DNA of 64,000 bases, taken from an uncultured Gemmatimonadota bacterium. GTDB taxonomy: Bacteria; Gemmatimonadota; Gemmatimonadetes; Palauibacterales; KS3-K002. Positions within the stretch are counted from its first letter, which is position 1. Each line of letters begins with the position of its first letter. The stretch spans positions 45,584 through 109,583 of the forward strand of contig CAYFSW010000033.1 in assembly GCA_964345885.1 (NCBI GenBank), in the 5' to 3' direction. A program made the translations under genes and the position numbers. Below the pieces are notes generated by a model. It saw only the letters and a list, made by a program, of their open reading frames with translations, did no database searches and was not told the DNA's origin. Shown piece after piece: positions 49,990-59,634 of the stretch.

Positions 49990-50043
49990 AAACCACGGAA
50001 CAAGAGCAAGAAAAAGTCCAGAACGAATGACAGGTCATATACG

Positions 50044-51333
50044 ATGAGAATCTTGGTTGTAGGATCCGGCGGAAGAGAACACACGCTCATCTGGCAGCTG
50101 AAGCGCGAGCAGCCGGACGCGCAGATCTACGCGGCGCCGGGCAACGGCGGCACGAAGGCGCTGGCTGAGTCGGTGCCGCTCAAGCCGGGTGAAATCGAGG
50201 AACTGGCCGACTTCGCCGACTCGCGTGAGATCGAGTTGACAGTGGTGGGCCCCGAGGCGCCGCTGGTTGAAGGGATCGTCGACTGCTTCGAAGAGCGAGG
50301 CCTTGAGATCTTCGGACCCTCGCAGGCGGCCGCCAAGATCGAGGGCTCGAAGGCTTTCGCCAAGTCGCTGATGGAAGAGGCGGGTGTACCCACCGCCGCG
50401 CACCGAACGCTGCTCGATTTCGAAGAGACCGAGCGCTACATCCGCGAGCGCGGCGCTCCTATCGTCGTCAAGGCCTCAGGCCTGGCCGCCGGCAAGGGCG
50501 CTATCGTCTGCCAGACCGTGGACGACGCCGTGGCAGCCGCCCGCTCGATGATGGTCGACAAGAGCTTCGGCGATGCGGGAACGACGGTCGTCGTCGAGGA
50601 CTGCCTGGTCGGCGAAGAACTATCGATCCTCTACCTCACCGACGGCGAGCACGCTCTACCGCTCATCCCCTCGCAGGACCACAAGCCCATCGGCGAAGGC
50701 GATACCGGACTCAACACCGGCGGCATGGGCGCCTACGCACCGGTCTCCATCGCCGACGCTGCGCTGGTCGGCCGGGTCACCGATACGATCGTCATGCCGA
50801 CGCTGGGCCGGATGCGCGCCGAGGACCGCACCTTCCGCGGGGTCCTCTACTGCGGCCTGATGATCGTCGATGGCGACCCCTACCTCATCGAGTTCAACTG
50901 TCGGTTCGGCGACCCGGAGACACAGGCTATCCTGCCGCTGCTGGAGAGCTCGCTGCTCGATGCCTTCCTGAAGGTGGCGCGCGGCGAATCGCTGGCCGGG
51001 GGCGACTTCCGCTTCAGCCGCCGGGCGGCAGTTTGCACAGTGCTCGCCTCGAAGGGCTATCCCGGCAAGTACGAGAAGGGCAAGCCGATCACAATACCGG
51101 ACCCGTTAACCGACGACCCCGACATGATCGTGTTGCACGCCGGGACGCGCCGCGACACCGAGGGCAAGCTGGTGACCGACGGCGGCCGTGTGCTCGGCGT
51201 CGTCGGCCTCGGCGACGACGTGCGCGGCGCCGCCGCGAAGTCGAGGGAGGCCGCTACCGCCATCAAGTTCAGCGGCAAGTACTTCCGCGGCGACATCGGC
51301 TACCGGGAGATCGAGCGCCAGGGCGTCAGTTAG
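50044..51333 (+). CDS. purD: Phosphoribosylamine--glycine ligase
   Basis: MRILVVGSGGREH, VVGPEAPL, EGSKAFAK, KASGLAAGKG, QDHK, NTGGMGAY, EFNCRFGDPE, GGRVL. Confidence 0.97.
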   Translation: MRILVVGSGGREHTLIWQLKREQPDAQIYAAPGNGGTKALAESVPLKPGEIEELADFADSREIELTVVGPEAPLVEGIVDCFEERGLEIFGPSQAAAKIEGSKAFAKSLMEEAGVPTAAHRTLLDFEETERYIRERGAPIVVKASGLAAGKGAIVCQTVDDAVAAARSMMVDKSFGDAGTTVVVEDCLVGEELSILYLTDGEHALPLIPSQDHKPIGEGDTGLNTGGMGAYAPVSIADAALVGRVTDTIVMPTLGRMRAEDRTFRGVLYCGLMIVDGDPYLIEFNCRFGDPETQAILPLLESSLLDAFLKVARGESLAGGDFRFSRRAAVCTVLASKGYPGKYEKGKPITIPDPLTDDPDMIVLHAGTRRDTEGKLVTDGGRVLGVVGLGDDVRGAAAKSREAATAIKFSGKYFRGDIGYREIERQGVS

Positions 51334-51336
51334 CGC

Positions 51337-52167
51337 ATGCCCGAGCTCCCCGAAGCGGAGACGATCGCCCGCGGCCTCAACGCCGCCATCGCAGATCGTC
51401 ATATCGAGCGCATCAAGATCCATCGCGACGAAGTCGTCGAGCCGATGAGGCCGGCAGCATTTCGCCGCGCGCTGCGCGGCCGCCGCGTGCAGAGTGTCGG
51501 TCGGCGCGGTAAATGGATCGCGGCGGAACTCGACGATGGCTATAGTTGGGTGACCCAGCTGCGCATGACCGGCCGATTCACCTGGGGATCGCCTACCCCG
51601 ATCCGCGCCGAGCCGCACCTCTCCGCCAGCTTCGTCATGGACGACGGCAATGCAGCCGGCGTGCTCCGCTTCTACGACACGCGTCGCTTCGGCCGCATGT
51701 GGGTGCTCGATGAGCACGAATGGGCGCAGCTCGATGCGCGGCTCGGCGTCGAACCGCTATCCGAGATGTTCACGCCGACCTTGCTGGCGAAACTCCTCGG
51801 CAACTCGCGCGCACCGATCCGCAACTGGCTGCTCGACCAGAGCCGCGTAGCGGGCGTCGGTAACATCTACGCCATCGAAGCCTGCTACATGGCTCGTATC
51901 GATCCCCGTCGACCGGCAGGCAGTCTGGCACGGAACGAGGTCCGCCGTCTCCACAACGCCATCCGCAAGGTGCTCGGCGAGGCCGTTGAACAGGGCGGTA
52001 CGACGTTCAGCGACTATCGCGACGTGCTAGGCGCGGGCGGCACCTTCCAGAATGTGCTCAGAGCCTACGGTCGTGAGGGCGAGCGCTGCCGTCGTTGCGG
52101 CGGTGAGATCGAGCGCGTCGTGTTGGCTGGGCGCTCGGCCTTTCTTTGCCCCGACTGCCAAGGATAG
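51337..52167 (+). CDS. mutM: Formamidopyrimidine-DNA glycosylase
   Basis: MPELPEAE, RRGKW, LRMTG, YDTRRFG, LLDQSRVAGVGNIYA, C-terminal CxxC...CxxC zinc finger. Confidence 0.96.
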   Translation: MPELPEAETIARGLNAAIADRHIERIKIHRDEVVEPMRPAAFRRALRGRRVQSVGRRGKWIAAELDDGYSWVTQLRMTGRFTWGSPTPIRAEPHLSASFVMDDGNAAGVLRFYDTRRFGRMWVLDEHEWAQLDARLGVEPLSEMFTPTLLAKLLGNSRAPIRNWLLDQSRVAGVGNIYAIEACYMARIDPRRPAGSLARNEVRRLHNAIRKVLGEAVEQGGTTFSDYRDVLGAGGTFQNVLRAYGREGERCRRCGGEIERVVLAGRSAFLCPDCQG

Positions 52168-52226
52168 GTCAGGTCGCGGCGGAATCGGTTGTACTCCATG
52201 ACGAGCCGGCCGCGTGCTTCCAAGCT

Positions 52227-52712
52227 TCAGCCGCGGGTCGTGAGGTCGATGAGTCGTGCGGACGGTTCGAGCTGACGTTCGAGCGTGAGGATGGCGGCCG
52301 TCACTGGATTACCGAACCGCCGATGGCCAGCGCTGCCCGGGTTCACGACGAGTGGGCCGGCGGTCTTCTCGATGAGCGGTTGGTGGGTGTGGCCGTAAAC
52401 GACGGCTGAGAATCCGGGGTAGGCCTGGACGAGGTCGCGCACCTTCGGCGAGCCCCACTGGTGGCCGTGGACCACGACGATTCGGTGGCCGAGCCGCTCG
52501 AGTTTCACCGCCTCGCCCAGTTGTTGCCGCAACTCCCACCCATCCACGTTGCCACAGACGGCATGCACCGGTGCTATGACTTCGAGCTCGGTGAGGATGG
52601 AGGGATCGCCAACGTCCCCCGCGTGCAGAATCTCATCGACCCCCTCGAACGCGGCGTACACCTCGTTGCGAAGTAGTCCGTGAGTGTCGGCTATGAGGCC
52701 GATGCGGATCAT
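52227..52712 (-). CDS. Metallophosphoesterase (YfcE/MJ0936 family)
   Basis: IADTHG, ILHAGD, VCGNVD, VHGH, YGHTH, NPGS. Confidence 0.92.
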   Translation of the reverse strand: MIRIGLIADTHGLLRNEVYAAFEGVDEILHAGDVGDPSILTELEVIAPVHAVCGNVDGWELRQQLGEAVKLERLGHRIVVVHGHQWGSPKVRDLVQAYPGFSAVVYGHTHQPLIEKTAGPLVVNPGSAGHRRFGNPVTAAILTLERQLEPSARLIDLTTRG

Positions 52713-52793
52713 CAGTATGCGGTTTGCAGTTTGCGGTTCGCGGTGTGGTAGGTGTGCACCTCAGACCTACGGCACACCGCACACCGCATACCG
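52713..52793. repeat. Element L: palindromic heptamer-unit repeat (CGGTRTG family)
   Basis: cagtatg cggtttg cagtttg cggttcg cggtgtg gtaggt pairs with acctac ggcacaccg cacaccg cataccg. Confidence 0.85.
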
Positions 52794-52843
52794 GGACGCC
52801 TCAGCCGCAGAGTCTACCTCACCACGCCGGCCCTGCCAACCCG

Positions 52844-53461
52844 TTAGTGCTTCAGCTTCCGAACCGAGCCGCCGCGATAGGCCAGCATAGCGGCCGAACC
52901 CATCAGCAGACCTTCAAAGACCCACAGCCAGTACTTGAGACCCGTCGAGCCGCCGGTGGCCAGCGAGATCTGGCGGGCCAGGTCGACGCTCTGGAAGAAC
53001 GGTGTGGCCGTGGCGGATGGTGCCGAGCGCAGGAATGCGAAGAGGGATTGGTCAGGTGTGAAGCCGCCGCTAGCGAGCCAAAAGACGACGTGGACAAGCA
53101 TGTAGGCGAAGCACGCCGCCCCGAAGACGTAGGCGTAACTCCAGCGCGGCGGTCGCCGGTGGCGAACGGAAGACGGTATTGCCGCCGCCTCGCCGATCAC
53201 CACACCGAGGGCGAGCGCCTCGAGCGCCAGGACCCAGATCCAGATCCGCAGGACGCCGGTCAGCACGGCGCCTACCAGGGCCACGATCGTGCCCCAGGCA
53301 AGCGCCCGGGCGAACGGCTCCCGGGCGGTCTGCTGCCGGCGACCCCTCACGTGGTCGCGCCACGCCTGATCGGCTGCGTCCTTTGAGCCCTCAGGCGACG
53401 GCGGCTGGGACGTCTTCCGGCTCGGCTTTTTCTTCCGGTTTTGTGTGGACTTCTTCGACAT
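52844..53461 (-). CDS. Hypothetical membrane protein
   Basis: Basic N-terminus and about 4 hydrophobic segments; overlaps the MCP 3' end by 71 nt. Confidence 0.65.
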   Translation of the reverse strand: MSKKSTQNRKKKPSRKTSQPPSPEGSKDAADQAWRDHVRGRRQQTAREPFARALAWGTIVALVGAVLTGVLRIWIWVLALEALALGVVIGEAAAIPSSVRHRRPPRWSYAYVFGAACFAYMLVHVVFWLASGGFTPDQSLFAFLRSAPSATATPFFQSVDLARQISLATGGSTGLKYWLWVFEGLLMGSAAMLAYRGGSVRKLKH

Positions 53462-55556
53462 CCGGGCTCGCGTGCCCCTCGACGGTGAATACGCCGGCCA
53501 CCTCGGCCAGCTCCTGCGCCGAAGAGCTGAGTGCGTTCACCGCCGCTGCGATCTCTTCGGTGGACGCGTTCTGTTCTTCCATGCCCGCGGCGAGCTCTTC
53601 CATCGCCGCGGCAAAGTCGGTGAATCCGGTAGCCACTGACCCGAGGCGACTTGCCGTGGCACCAACACTGGCGTCGACCTCGGAGCTGATCGCCGCCACA
53701 CGATCCGCCCAACCTTCCGCCTCGCTCATGACCTCTGTAACCGTATCGAACCCTCTTTCCATCGATTCCACGACAGTGCCTATCGCACGCGTAGTCTCCC
53801 GTGTCTCTTCCAGCGCCTGACGCGTCGATTCGACTTCACCCAGCACGTTGTCGGTCGTCTGCTGCGCGGTATCGGCCGCCTCGCCGGCCTGGTTCGCCAG
53901 CTTGCGGATCTCATCGGCCAGCACGCCGAACCCGCGAGCCTCCGCTCCGGCACGGGCGGCCTCGATCGCCGCGTTCAGCGCCAGCAAATTGGTGCGGCGC
54001 GCGAACTGCTTGATCAGGTCGACGAAATCGCCGAACTGCCGCGACGCCTCGACGAACTCGAGCAGCCGCGTGGTCGCCATATCTGAGCGTTCGGCCATCT
54101 GCTCCACCTGTGCATGGCCCTCTCGCAAGCGCTCGCGGTTGCGCTGCGCGACGCCGAGCAGCTCACGGCTGCGCTCGGTCGCCGTCTCGGCTCCCTGAGC
54201 CAGATCCCGGGCCGCCGAGCCCAGCGCATCCATCTGCGCGTTAACCTCCTGGATGGTCTCGGAGTGCTCGGACGCTTCACCGGTCAGGCGGGCCAACGTA
54301 CTGGTCATCTCCTCGGCGCCGGCGGAGAGCTGCTCCACAGCCGTGGCGATCTCCTCGCTGCGCGTTCGCGTGTGGTAGCTCGCCTCGTGCAGCGACCCAA
54401 CCAGCTCGCTGAGTCGGTCGATCATCTGCTGGACAGCTATGCACAGCCTCCTCACCTCACCTCTGCCCATCTCGACGATGCGCACCCGCAGGTCGCCGCC
54501 GCCGACTTTGTCGGCCGCACCGACCACGTTCTTGACGGGTCGGCCGACCTGCCGCGAGATCCAGAAGCCGGCTACGATGATTCCCACCAGCGCGGTCAGC
54601 AGTGCCAGGAAGCCGCCGATCAAGATCGCCCGCCTGACCGACCTCAGAATCGCGAAGGCCTGTTCCTCCTGCACCCAGTAGATGACCTGCCAGCGATTGT
54701 CGAATGCACGCTTGGCCATCCCGACGATCGGCTCGCCAGCGCTCGACCTCGACCGGAGGACGCCGTTCTCGGCCAGTACCGTGGGATCGGGATGCGGTTC
54801 CAGCAGGTTGCCCGGATCGGGGTCACTGATCAGGCGCCCACCTTCGTCGACGACCTGAACGTAGCCCCACCCGTGGGCTAGCTGGTTGAGGTTCGGACGC
54901 AAGCGTCCGAGATCCAGAACGCCTTTCACCACCCCTACCAGTGCACCGCCGCTGCCCGCCACCGGCCATGATATCGACACCGAGACCGTGCTCGTCGACT
55001 CGTCCAGCTCCACACCAGAAACGTGCGCCAGCCCAGAGTACGCCTCCTGCCACCAGACCTCGTCGCTCTGCACGAAGTCCGTCGTGACACCACTGCCGGC
55101 GACCACGAAACCGTTCCGATCGGTGACGATCAATTCGGCGTACAGCGAACGCTCGACGACGCCCTCAAGATGGCGATCGACTTCCGGGTCGATCTGTATC
55201 GACCTCGTCTCGGCGACCCGGCGCTCCGCCTCACCCAGGGAAACGCGGTCCAGCCCTAGCTGTCGCGCCCGGGCAGCACCACGGACGGCCGCATCGATCA
55301 CTGCCGGGGAGATCACCAGCATCTCGAGTTCCCTCACGGCACCCTGCACCGTGGCATCCGTCACCGCAGCGACCGCGCTGGCCCGCTCACGAAGCTGCCG
55401 CTCCACCTCGGGCTCTGTCAGCTGCCGCGCGCCGCCCCAGGCCAAGGAGAAGAACGTGACGATGATGATCACCAGGACGGCGCCGACGATTCCGGAGAGC
55501 AGCCGCTGCAGGTCGACAGCTTTCCAACCGGTAGTCTCAGGCACTGCTTCCTCCAA
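53391..55556 (-). CDS. Methyl-accepting chemotaxis protein (Cache-like sensor, HAMP, MA domain)
   Basis: Two TM segments, [24 protein letters not shown], signalling core [33 protein letters not shown]. Confidence 0.93.
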   Translation of the reverse strand: MEEAVPETTGWKAVDLQRLLSGIVGAVLVIIIVTFFSLAWGGARQLTEPEVERQLRERASAVAAVTDATVQGAVRELEMLVISPAVIDAAVRGAARARQLGLDRVSLGEAERRVAETRSIQIDPEVDRHLEGVVERSLYAELIVTDRNGFVVAGSGVTTDFVQSDEVWWQEAYSGLAHVSGVELDESTSTVSVSISWPVAGSGGALVGVVKGVLDLGRLRPNLNQLAHGWGYVQVVDEGGRLISDPDPGNLLEPHPDPTVLAENGVLRSRSSAGEPIVGMAKRAFDNRWQVIYWVQEEQAFAILRSVRRAILIGGFLALLTALVGIIVAGFWISRQVGRPVKNVVGAADKVGGGDLRVRIVEMGRGEVRRLCIAVQQMIDRLSELVGSLHEASYHTRTRSEEIATAVEQLSAGAEEMTSTLARLTGEASEHSETIQEVNAQMDALGSAARDLAQGAETATERSRELLGVAQRNRERLREGHAQVEQMAERSDMATTRLLEFVEASRQFGDFVDLIKQFARRTNLLALNAAIEAARAGAEARGFGVLADEIRKLANQAGEAADTAQQTTDNVLGEVESTRQALEETRETTRAIGTVVESMERGFDTVTEVMSEAEGWADRVAAISSEVDASVGATASRLGSVATGFTDFAAAMEELAAGMEEQNASTEEIAAAVNALSSSAQELAEVAGVFTVEGHASPDVEEVHTKPEEKAEPEDVPAAVA

Positions 55557-55673
55557 CGAGGCTTGATTCTAGTCAGGCCGGGGGTACCAAGGGGGGGAGT
55601 TGGTAAGAACTTCGCCGACAACAGTTTGGCGCGTCAAGCGCTACTAGTCAAGTGCGCAGCGGACCTCGACCGG

Positions 55674-55703
55674 GATGTTCGATGTTCAATGTTTCAGCGT
55701 TCA
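55674..55703. repeat. Element M: single-arm heptamer-unit repeat (GAACATC family)
   Basis: gatgttc gatgttc aatgttt cagcgtt, the same units as the element A right arm; overlaps the ubiE/menG stop. Confidence 0.7.
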
Positions 55704-56446
55704 GTTGCGGTCGCCCACCAGACACACGCGATCCCACCCGTCAGCACCTTCCACTGGACGTCATCGAAGCCCGCACCCCTCAACAGCGCGGCAAGCTCTT
55801 GGGGCTGTGCAAAATGGATCACCGACTCTGGTAGGTAAGTGTACGCGTAGCTATGTTTTGAGATCATTCGCCCGGCGAACGGCAGCAAGCGGGTGAAGTA
55901 GAAGCGGTAGAGCCACCTGAGCGGCCCACGCTGCGGCATGGCGAAGTCGAGGATCACCAGCCGGGCGCCCGGGCGCAGGGCCCGCTTCAGCTCCCGCAGG
56001 CCAGCGTTGACGTCCGCCAGGTTGCGGACGCCGAAGGCGGCCATCGCGCCGTCGAAGCTGTCCGAGCTGGCAGGCAGCCTCAGAGCGTCGGCGCAGGCCG
56101 GCGCGACGGCCATCCGGGCGACCTTGGGGAGTCCTTCGCGGAGCATCGGCTGCGAGAAGTCGACCGCAAGGACATGGCCGGCAAATTCCGGACGCTGGGC
56201 AAGCTCGACCGCCAGATCGAGCGTCCCGGCGCACACGTCCAGATAGCGCCCGTCAGGCCGGGATTCCCAACCCAGCTGGTCGACGGCGCGTCGCCGCCAG
56301 GATCGATCGATGTTGAGGCTGAGAAGATGGTTGAGCAGATCGTAGCGGGGCGCGATCGCCGAGAACAGCTCGCGGACCGCCTGCGCTCGCTCACCTCGAG
56401 ACTCGGCCTCCAGCGGGGCGAGGTTGTGCCTCGGCGAACTGGCCAT
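55694..56446 (-). CDS. menG: UbiE/MenG (demethylmenaquinone) methyltransferase
   Basis: FSAIAPRYDLLNHLLS, LDVCAGTLD, DFSQPML, FGVRNL, RPGARLVILDF, YTYLPESV. Confidence 0.88.
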   Translation of the reverse strand: MASSPRHNLAPLEAESRGERAQAVRELFSAIAPRYDLLNHLLSLNIDRSWRRRAVDQLGWESRPDGRYLDVCAGTLDLAVELAQRPEFAGHVLAVDFSQPMLREGLPKVARMAVAPACADALRLPASSDSFDGAMAAFGVRNLADVNAGLRELKRALRPGARLVILDFAMPQRGPLRWLYRFYFTRLLPFAGRMISKHSYAYTYLPESVIHFAQPQELAALLRGAGFDDVQWKVLTGGIACVWWATATER

Positions 56447-56490
56447 GATCCGCGGCGAACTTACAGGAGGGGTTCAGCCCCTGCAACCTG

Positions 56491-57147
56491 GTGAAACGGG
56501 ACCGCCCACCCAGCCGTAGGGCGTCGGACCCTGCGCACGCCCCTTCTCCGTCCGGCGCTGAGCCACCCGACGACAAGGAGCTGGTCGCCCGGGCTCTGAA
56601 AGGGGATGAGGCGGCGTATCGAGAGCTGCTCGAACGCTTCCGGCGCCCCGTCTTCTCTCTGATCTACCGGATGATCGGGGACCGCGAGCAGGCCGAAGAC
56701 CTCGCACAGGAATCCTTCGTCAAGGCCTTCGACAACCTCGACAGCTACAATCCGAACTACCGCTTCTCCTCTTGGCTGTTCAAGATCGCCAACAACCACG
56801 CCATCGATCACCTGCGGCGCGCGCGACTCCCCACCGTCTCGATCCATGGCTCGCCGCACGCCGCCGACGCCGAGCGCGAGGAGGAGACCCGCATCGTCCT
56901 CGAGGCACAGGACGAGTCGCCGGAGCAGGAGTTCATCGCCCTCGAGCTGGGAAGCGAGATCGAGCAAGCTATCACCAAGCTGCGACCCGAGTACAGAACC
57001 GCGGTCATCCTGCGCCACGTCGAGAACAGGCCGTACGAGGAAATCGCCGAGATCATGGACGTACCCATCGGGACGGTGAAGACGTTTCTGCACCGGGCCC
57101 GGGCAGAGCTGCGGGCCCAACTCGAACATCTGCGGAGGGAAGAATAG
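56491..57147 (+). CDS. ECF RNA polymerase sigma factor (SigW/RpoE-like); start uncertain
   Basis: AEDLAQESFVKAF, FSSWLFKIANNHAIDHLR, LRPEYRTAVILRH, YEEIAEIMDVPIGTVKTFLHRAR. Confidence 0.93.
   Translation: MKRDRPPSRRASDPAHAPSPSGAEPPDDKELVARALKGDEAAYRELLERFRRPVFSLIYRMIGDREQAEDLAQESFVKAFDNLDSYNPNYRFSSWLFKIANNHAIDHLRRARLPTVSIHGSPHAADAEREEETRIVLEAQDESPEQEFIALELGSEIEQAITKLRPEYRTAVILRHVENRPYEEIAEIMDVPIGTVKTFLHRARAELRAQLEHLRREE
56492..56518 (+). promoter_or_regulatory. SigW-type ECF promoter motif 1
   Basis: TGAAAC (56492-56497), 17 nt spacer, CGTA (56515-56518). Confidence 0.5.
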
Positions 57148-57290
57148 ATGGGAGTTCGGGATTCAGGGATTCGGGGTTCTGGGAGCCGAGGATCCGAGGC
57201 ATCCGTGGAATCCGTGGAATCGGGGACTCGGGGAGTCCCTCCCGGAATCCCGCATCCCACGGACCCCACGGATTCCACGGATGCTCGGTC
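57148..57290. repeat. Element N: 8/9-mer repeat with a perfect 19-bp inverted repeat
   Basis: gcatccgtggaatccgtgg (57199-57217) and ccacggattccacggatgc (57266-57284), preceded by gggattca/gggattcg/gggagccg units. Confidence 0.9.
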
Positions 57291-57359
57291 GTTGCAAGTA
57301 TCTAATTCCCAACAACTTACAGTCTTGAATCGACCATTCCCGAATTCCCTATCTCCCGC

Positions 57360-57386
57360 TGAAACCTGAAGGGGGGTTCTTCCGTA
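57360..57386 (+). promoter_or_regulatory. SigW-type ECF promoter motif 2
   Basis: TGAAAC (57360-57365), 17 nt spacer, CGTA (57383-57386), ahead of the anti-sigma gene. Confidence 0.65.
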
Positions 57387-57410
57387 ATGGAGAGCAGCGG
57401 GCAGGTAAAA

Positions 57411-58031
57411 ATGACAATCTGGACTTCCGAGGGACATCTCTCCGAGCTGGCCCTGGAGCAGCGGGCAGCCGACGAACTATCGGCGAACGAGCTCCAGCCG
57501 ATCGACAGCCACCTAGAAGGCTGCGCGGCCTGTCGGGCCGAGCACGCCAGGTGGCGCCGGCTCTATCACACCCTGGCCAAGCTGCAGGCAGTCGAGCCGT
57601 CGGTTTCGTTTGACGACGGAGTGATGGCACAGCTGCGGCTGCCGGAGCCGGCCGAGGCCACGGGGGCGGCCCGGCTACCGGCGCTGCTCCGCCGGCTGCG
57701 TCCGGTCGCCGTGGCGGCGGCGGCGATTTGGACCGTCGCCGTGGTCGGTGGCGCAGTCTGGCTGCAGCAAACGGTCGACGTTCCGGGCTCGGTGCTCCTC
57801 GCCCGCTTCTTCTCGAACGCTAGAGAACTATTGGTGGCGGCGGTCCTCAAGCTAGGCGCGATCCTGCACCTGAGTGGGCTCGCCGATGCGTGGACCGAGC
57901 TAGTCGAGACGGTTCCCGGGTCCGGCGTGGTGATCGCCGGTACCCTTATCACAGTGCTGTCCGGACTCGCGATCTGGACGCTCTACCGCGTGACCGGCTA
58001 CGAACCTCCAGAGGCCAACGCACATGCTTAA
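57411..58031 (+). CDS. Zinc-binding (zf-HC2/ZAS) transmembrane anti-sigma factor
   Basis: HLEGCAACRAE (HxxxCxxC) followed by TM helices; start ATG 57411 preferred over 57387. Confidence 0.88.
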   Translation: MTIWTSEGHLSELALEQRAADELSANELQPIDSHLEGCAACRAEHARWRRLYHTLAKLQAVEPSVSFDDGVMAQLRLPEPAEATGAARLPALLRRLRPVAVAAAAIWTVAVVGGAVWLQQTVDVPGSVLLARFFSNARELLVAAVLKLGAILHLSGLADAWTELVETVPGSGVVIAGTLITVLSGLAIWTLYRVTGYEPPEANAHA

Positions 58032-59634
58032 GCACCTGCGACACATCGGAATGGTTCTCCTCGTCTCCACGCTGGCTCTGCCGACAGCGCTGAGCGGCCA
58101 GTCGGCGCAGGCGGTGGAGGAGATCGTCCAGACGTCGGTAGCGCTGACGGGGGACGAAGCGATCCTCGACCTCGAGCTGGCCAGCGGCGGCTCGCTACAG
58201 ATCCGGTTCAGCGACGGGCTCGTCCTGATCGACGGGGACGAGGTGGGCCGTTACGCTCCGGGCGGCGCGCTGGAATCGGCCTGGCGTGATCTGCTGCGCG
58301 GGGCGAGCCTCGGCGAGCTGGGCAGCGGCTGGGAGCGGTTCTCCGCTGCCGAGTACCGGACCGCCGACGCTACGGCGGCGGAGACCATCCGGGCTGCGCT
58401 GGCGCCGCTCGTGGCCGGTATGGCGGCGGAACTGGCTGCCGAGGCCCGGGTCGAGGAGGTAGCCGAGGCGGCGGCGGTGGCGGCAGCTGTCCAGGCGCGG
58501 GTGGAGACGGCGGAGAGCGGTGCCCAGGACGAGGTGGTCGCTGGGGGGCTGGTCGTAGAGCTCACTGAGGTTGAGGGTTTGGCTCGCCAGCTCGTGCGGA
58601 TCGGGCTCGCGCCCGAGCTCGAGCGCCTGCTCAACGGGGACCTCAAGATGCCGGTCCGCATCGTGATCGATGCCGATGAGTACCGCCTGGCCGAGGGAGC
58701 GGAGCTGGACAAGATGCTTCTGCTGGTGGAATCCAACGGTGTGCTGGCCGGCAAGATCCGGTCGAACGTGCTGGTAGCCGACGGTTCTCTGCTCATCCTG
58801 CCCACGGCGGAAATCGAAGGCGACGTCATCGCCATTGACGCCACCGTGACGAACCAGGGCGGCACCATCGCCGGCGCGATACGCGAGTCGCTCCACCGGG
58901 CACCTGTGGTGGTGGCGCCGGCTGTTCCGCGTCTCCGCATCGGGCGCCACGCGCCTTCGGCGCTCAGCCGTGTCACCGCCGGCCTGGGATCGCTGGCCAA
59001 GACGGTAGCCATGTATCTGCTCTTCGGGTTCTTGGGCGCCCTCATCGTCTACCTGTTCCGCGGGCACCTGGAGACGGTGTCCGATACGGTCTCCTACAGC
59101 TTCGGGCGCTCGTTCCTGGCCGGACTCGCCGCCGAGGTGCTGTTTCTCCCGATCGGGCTCGTGATGACCGTGCTCGTCGTTACGGCGATCGCCGTGCCGT
59201 TCTACATCATCGCGTTCGCGCTCCTCTCACTATTGGGTTATGTGTCGGTGGCGCACGCCGCCGGCGAGAATCTGACGCGCCGCCGTTTCTCCTGGACCGA
59301 CCGCATGCGGCGAGCCAACTCCTACTACTACGTGCTGAACGGACTCGGTGTCTTGCTCGCCCTGTTCGTTGGCGCCGCCATCACTCAGATGGCCTACCCG
59401 CTTCTCGGCTGGGCACACGACCTGTTGATCGCATCGGCGTGGATCCTCACCTGGATCGCAGCGACCTCCGGCCTGGGCGCGGCGGTGCTCTCCCGAGCCG
59501 GCACGCGGCGGACCTACGCGCGCCCCCACGAGCTGCCCGAGATCCCGTCCGACACGCTGGCGGAGTCGATGGCGCCCGCGCAGGGCGCAGCCCGAGCTCG
59601 AAGCCGCCCCCGGGAGGAGAGCGATGAGATTTAG
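58024..59634 (+). CDS. Exported/membrane protein with a bactofilin-like beta-helix and C-terminal TM bundle
   Basis: Signal peptide, GVLAGKIRSNVLVADGSL.ILPTAEIEGDVIAIDATV...GGTIAG, then about 6 TM segments. Confidence 0.7.
   Translation: MLKHLRHIGMVLLVSTLALPTALSGQSAQAVEEIVQTSVALTGDEAILDLELASGGSLQIRFSDGLVLIDGDEVGRYAPGGALESAWRDLLRGASLGELGSGWERFSAAEYRTADATAAETIRAALAPLVAGMAAELAAEARVEEVAEAAAVAAAVQARVETAESGAQDEVVAGGLVVELTEVEGLARQLVRIGLAPELERLLNGDLKMPVRIVIDADEYRLAEGAELDKMLLLVESNGVLAGKIRSNVLVADGSLLILPTAEIEGDVIAIDATVTNQGGTIAGAIRESLHRAPVVVAPAVPRLRIGRHAPSALSRVTAGLGSLAKTVAMYLLFGFLGALIVYLFRGHLETVSDTVSYSFGRSFLAGLAAEVLFLPIGLVMTVLVVTAIAVPFYIIAFALLSLLGYVSVAHAAGENLTRRRFSWTDRMRRANSYYYVLNGLGVLLALFVGAAITQMAYPLLGWAHDLLIASAWILTWIAATSGLGAAVLSRAGTRRTYARPHELPEIPSDTLAESMAPAQGAARARSRPREESDEI

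Noticed and set aside
57148-57290. Possible CRISPR array in the repeat-rich intergenic regions
   Set aside because: Units are 6-9 nt and contiguous, with no constant 23-47-nt repeats separated by unique spacers, and no cas genes in the window.
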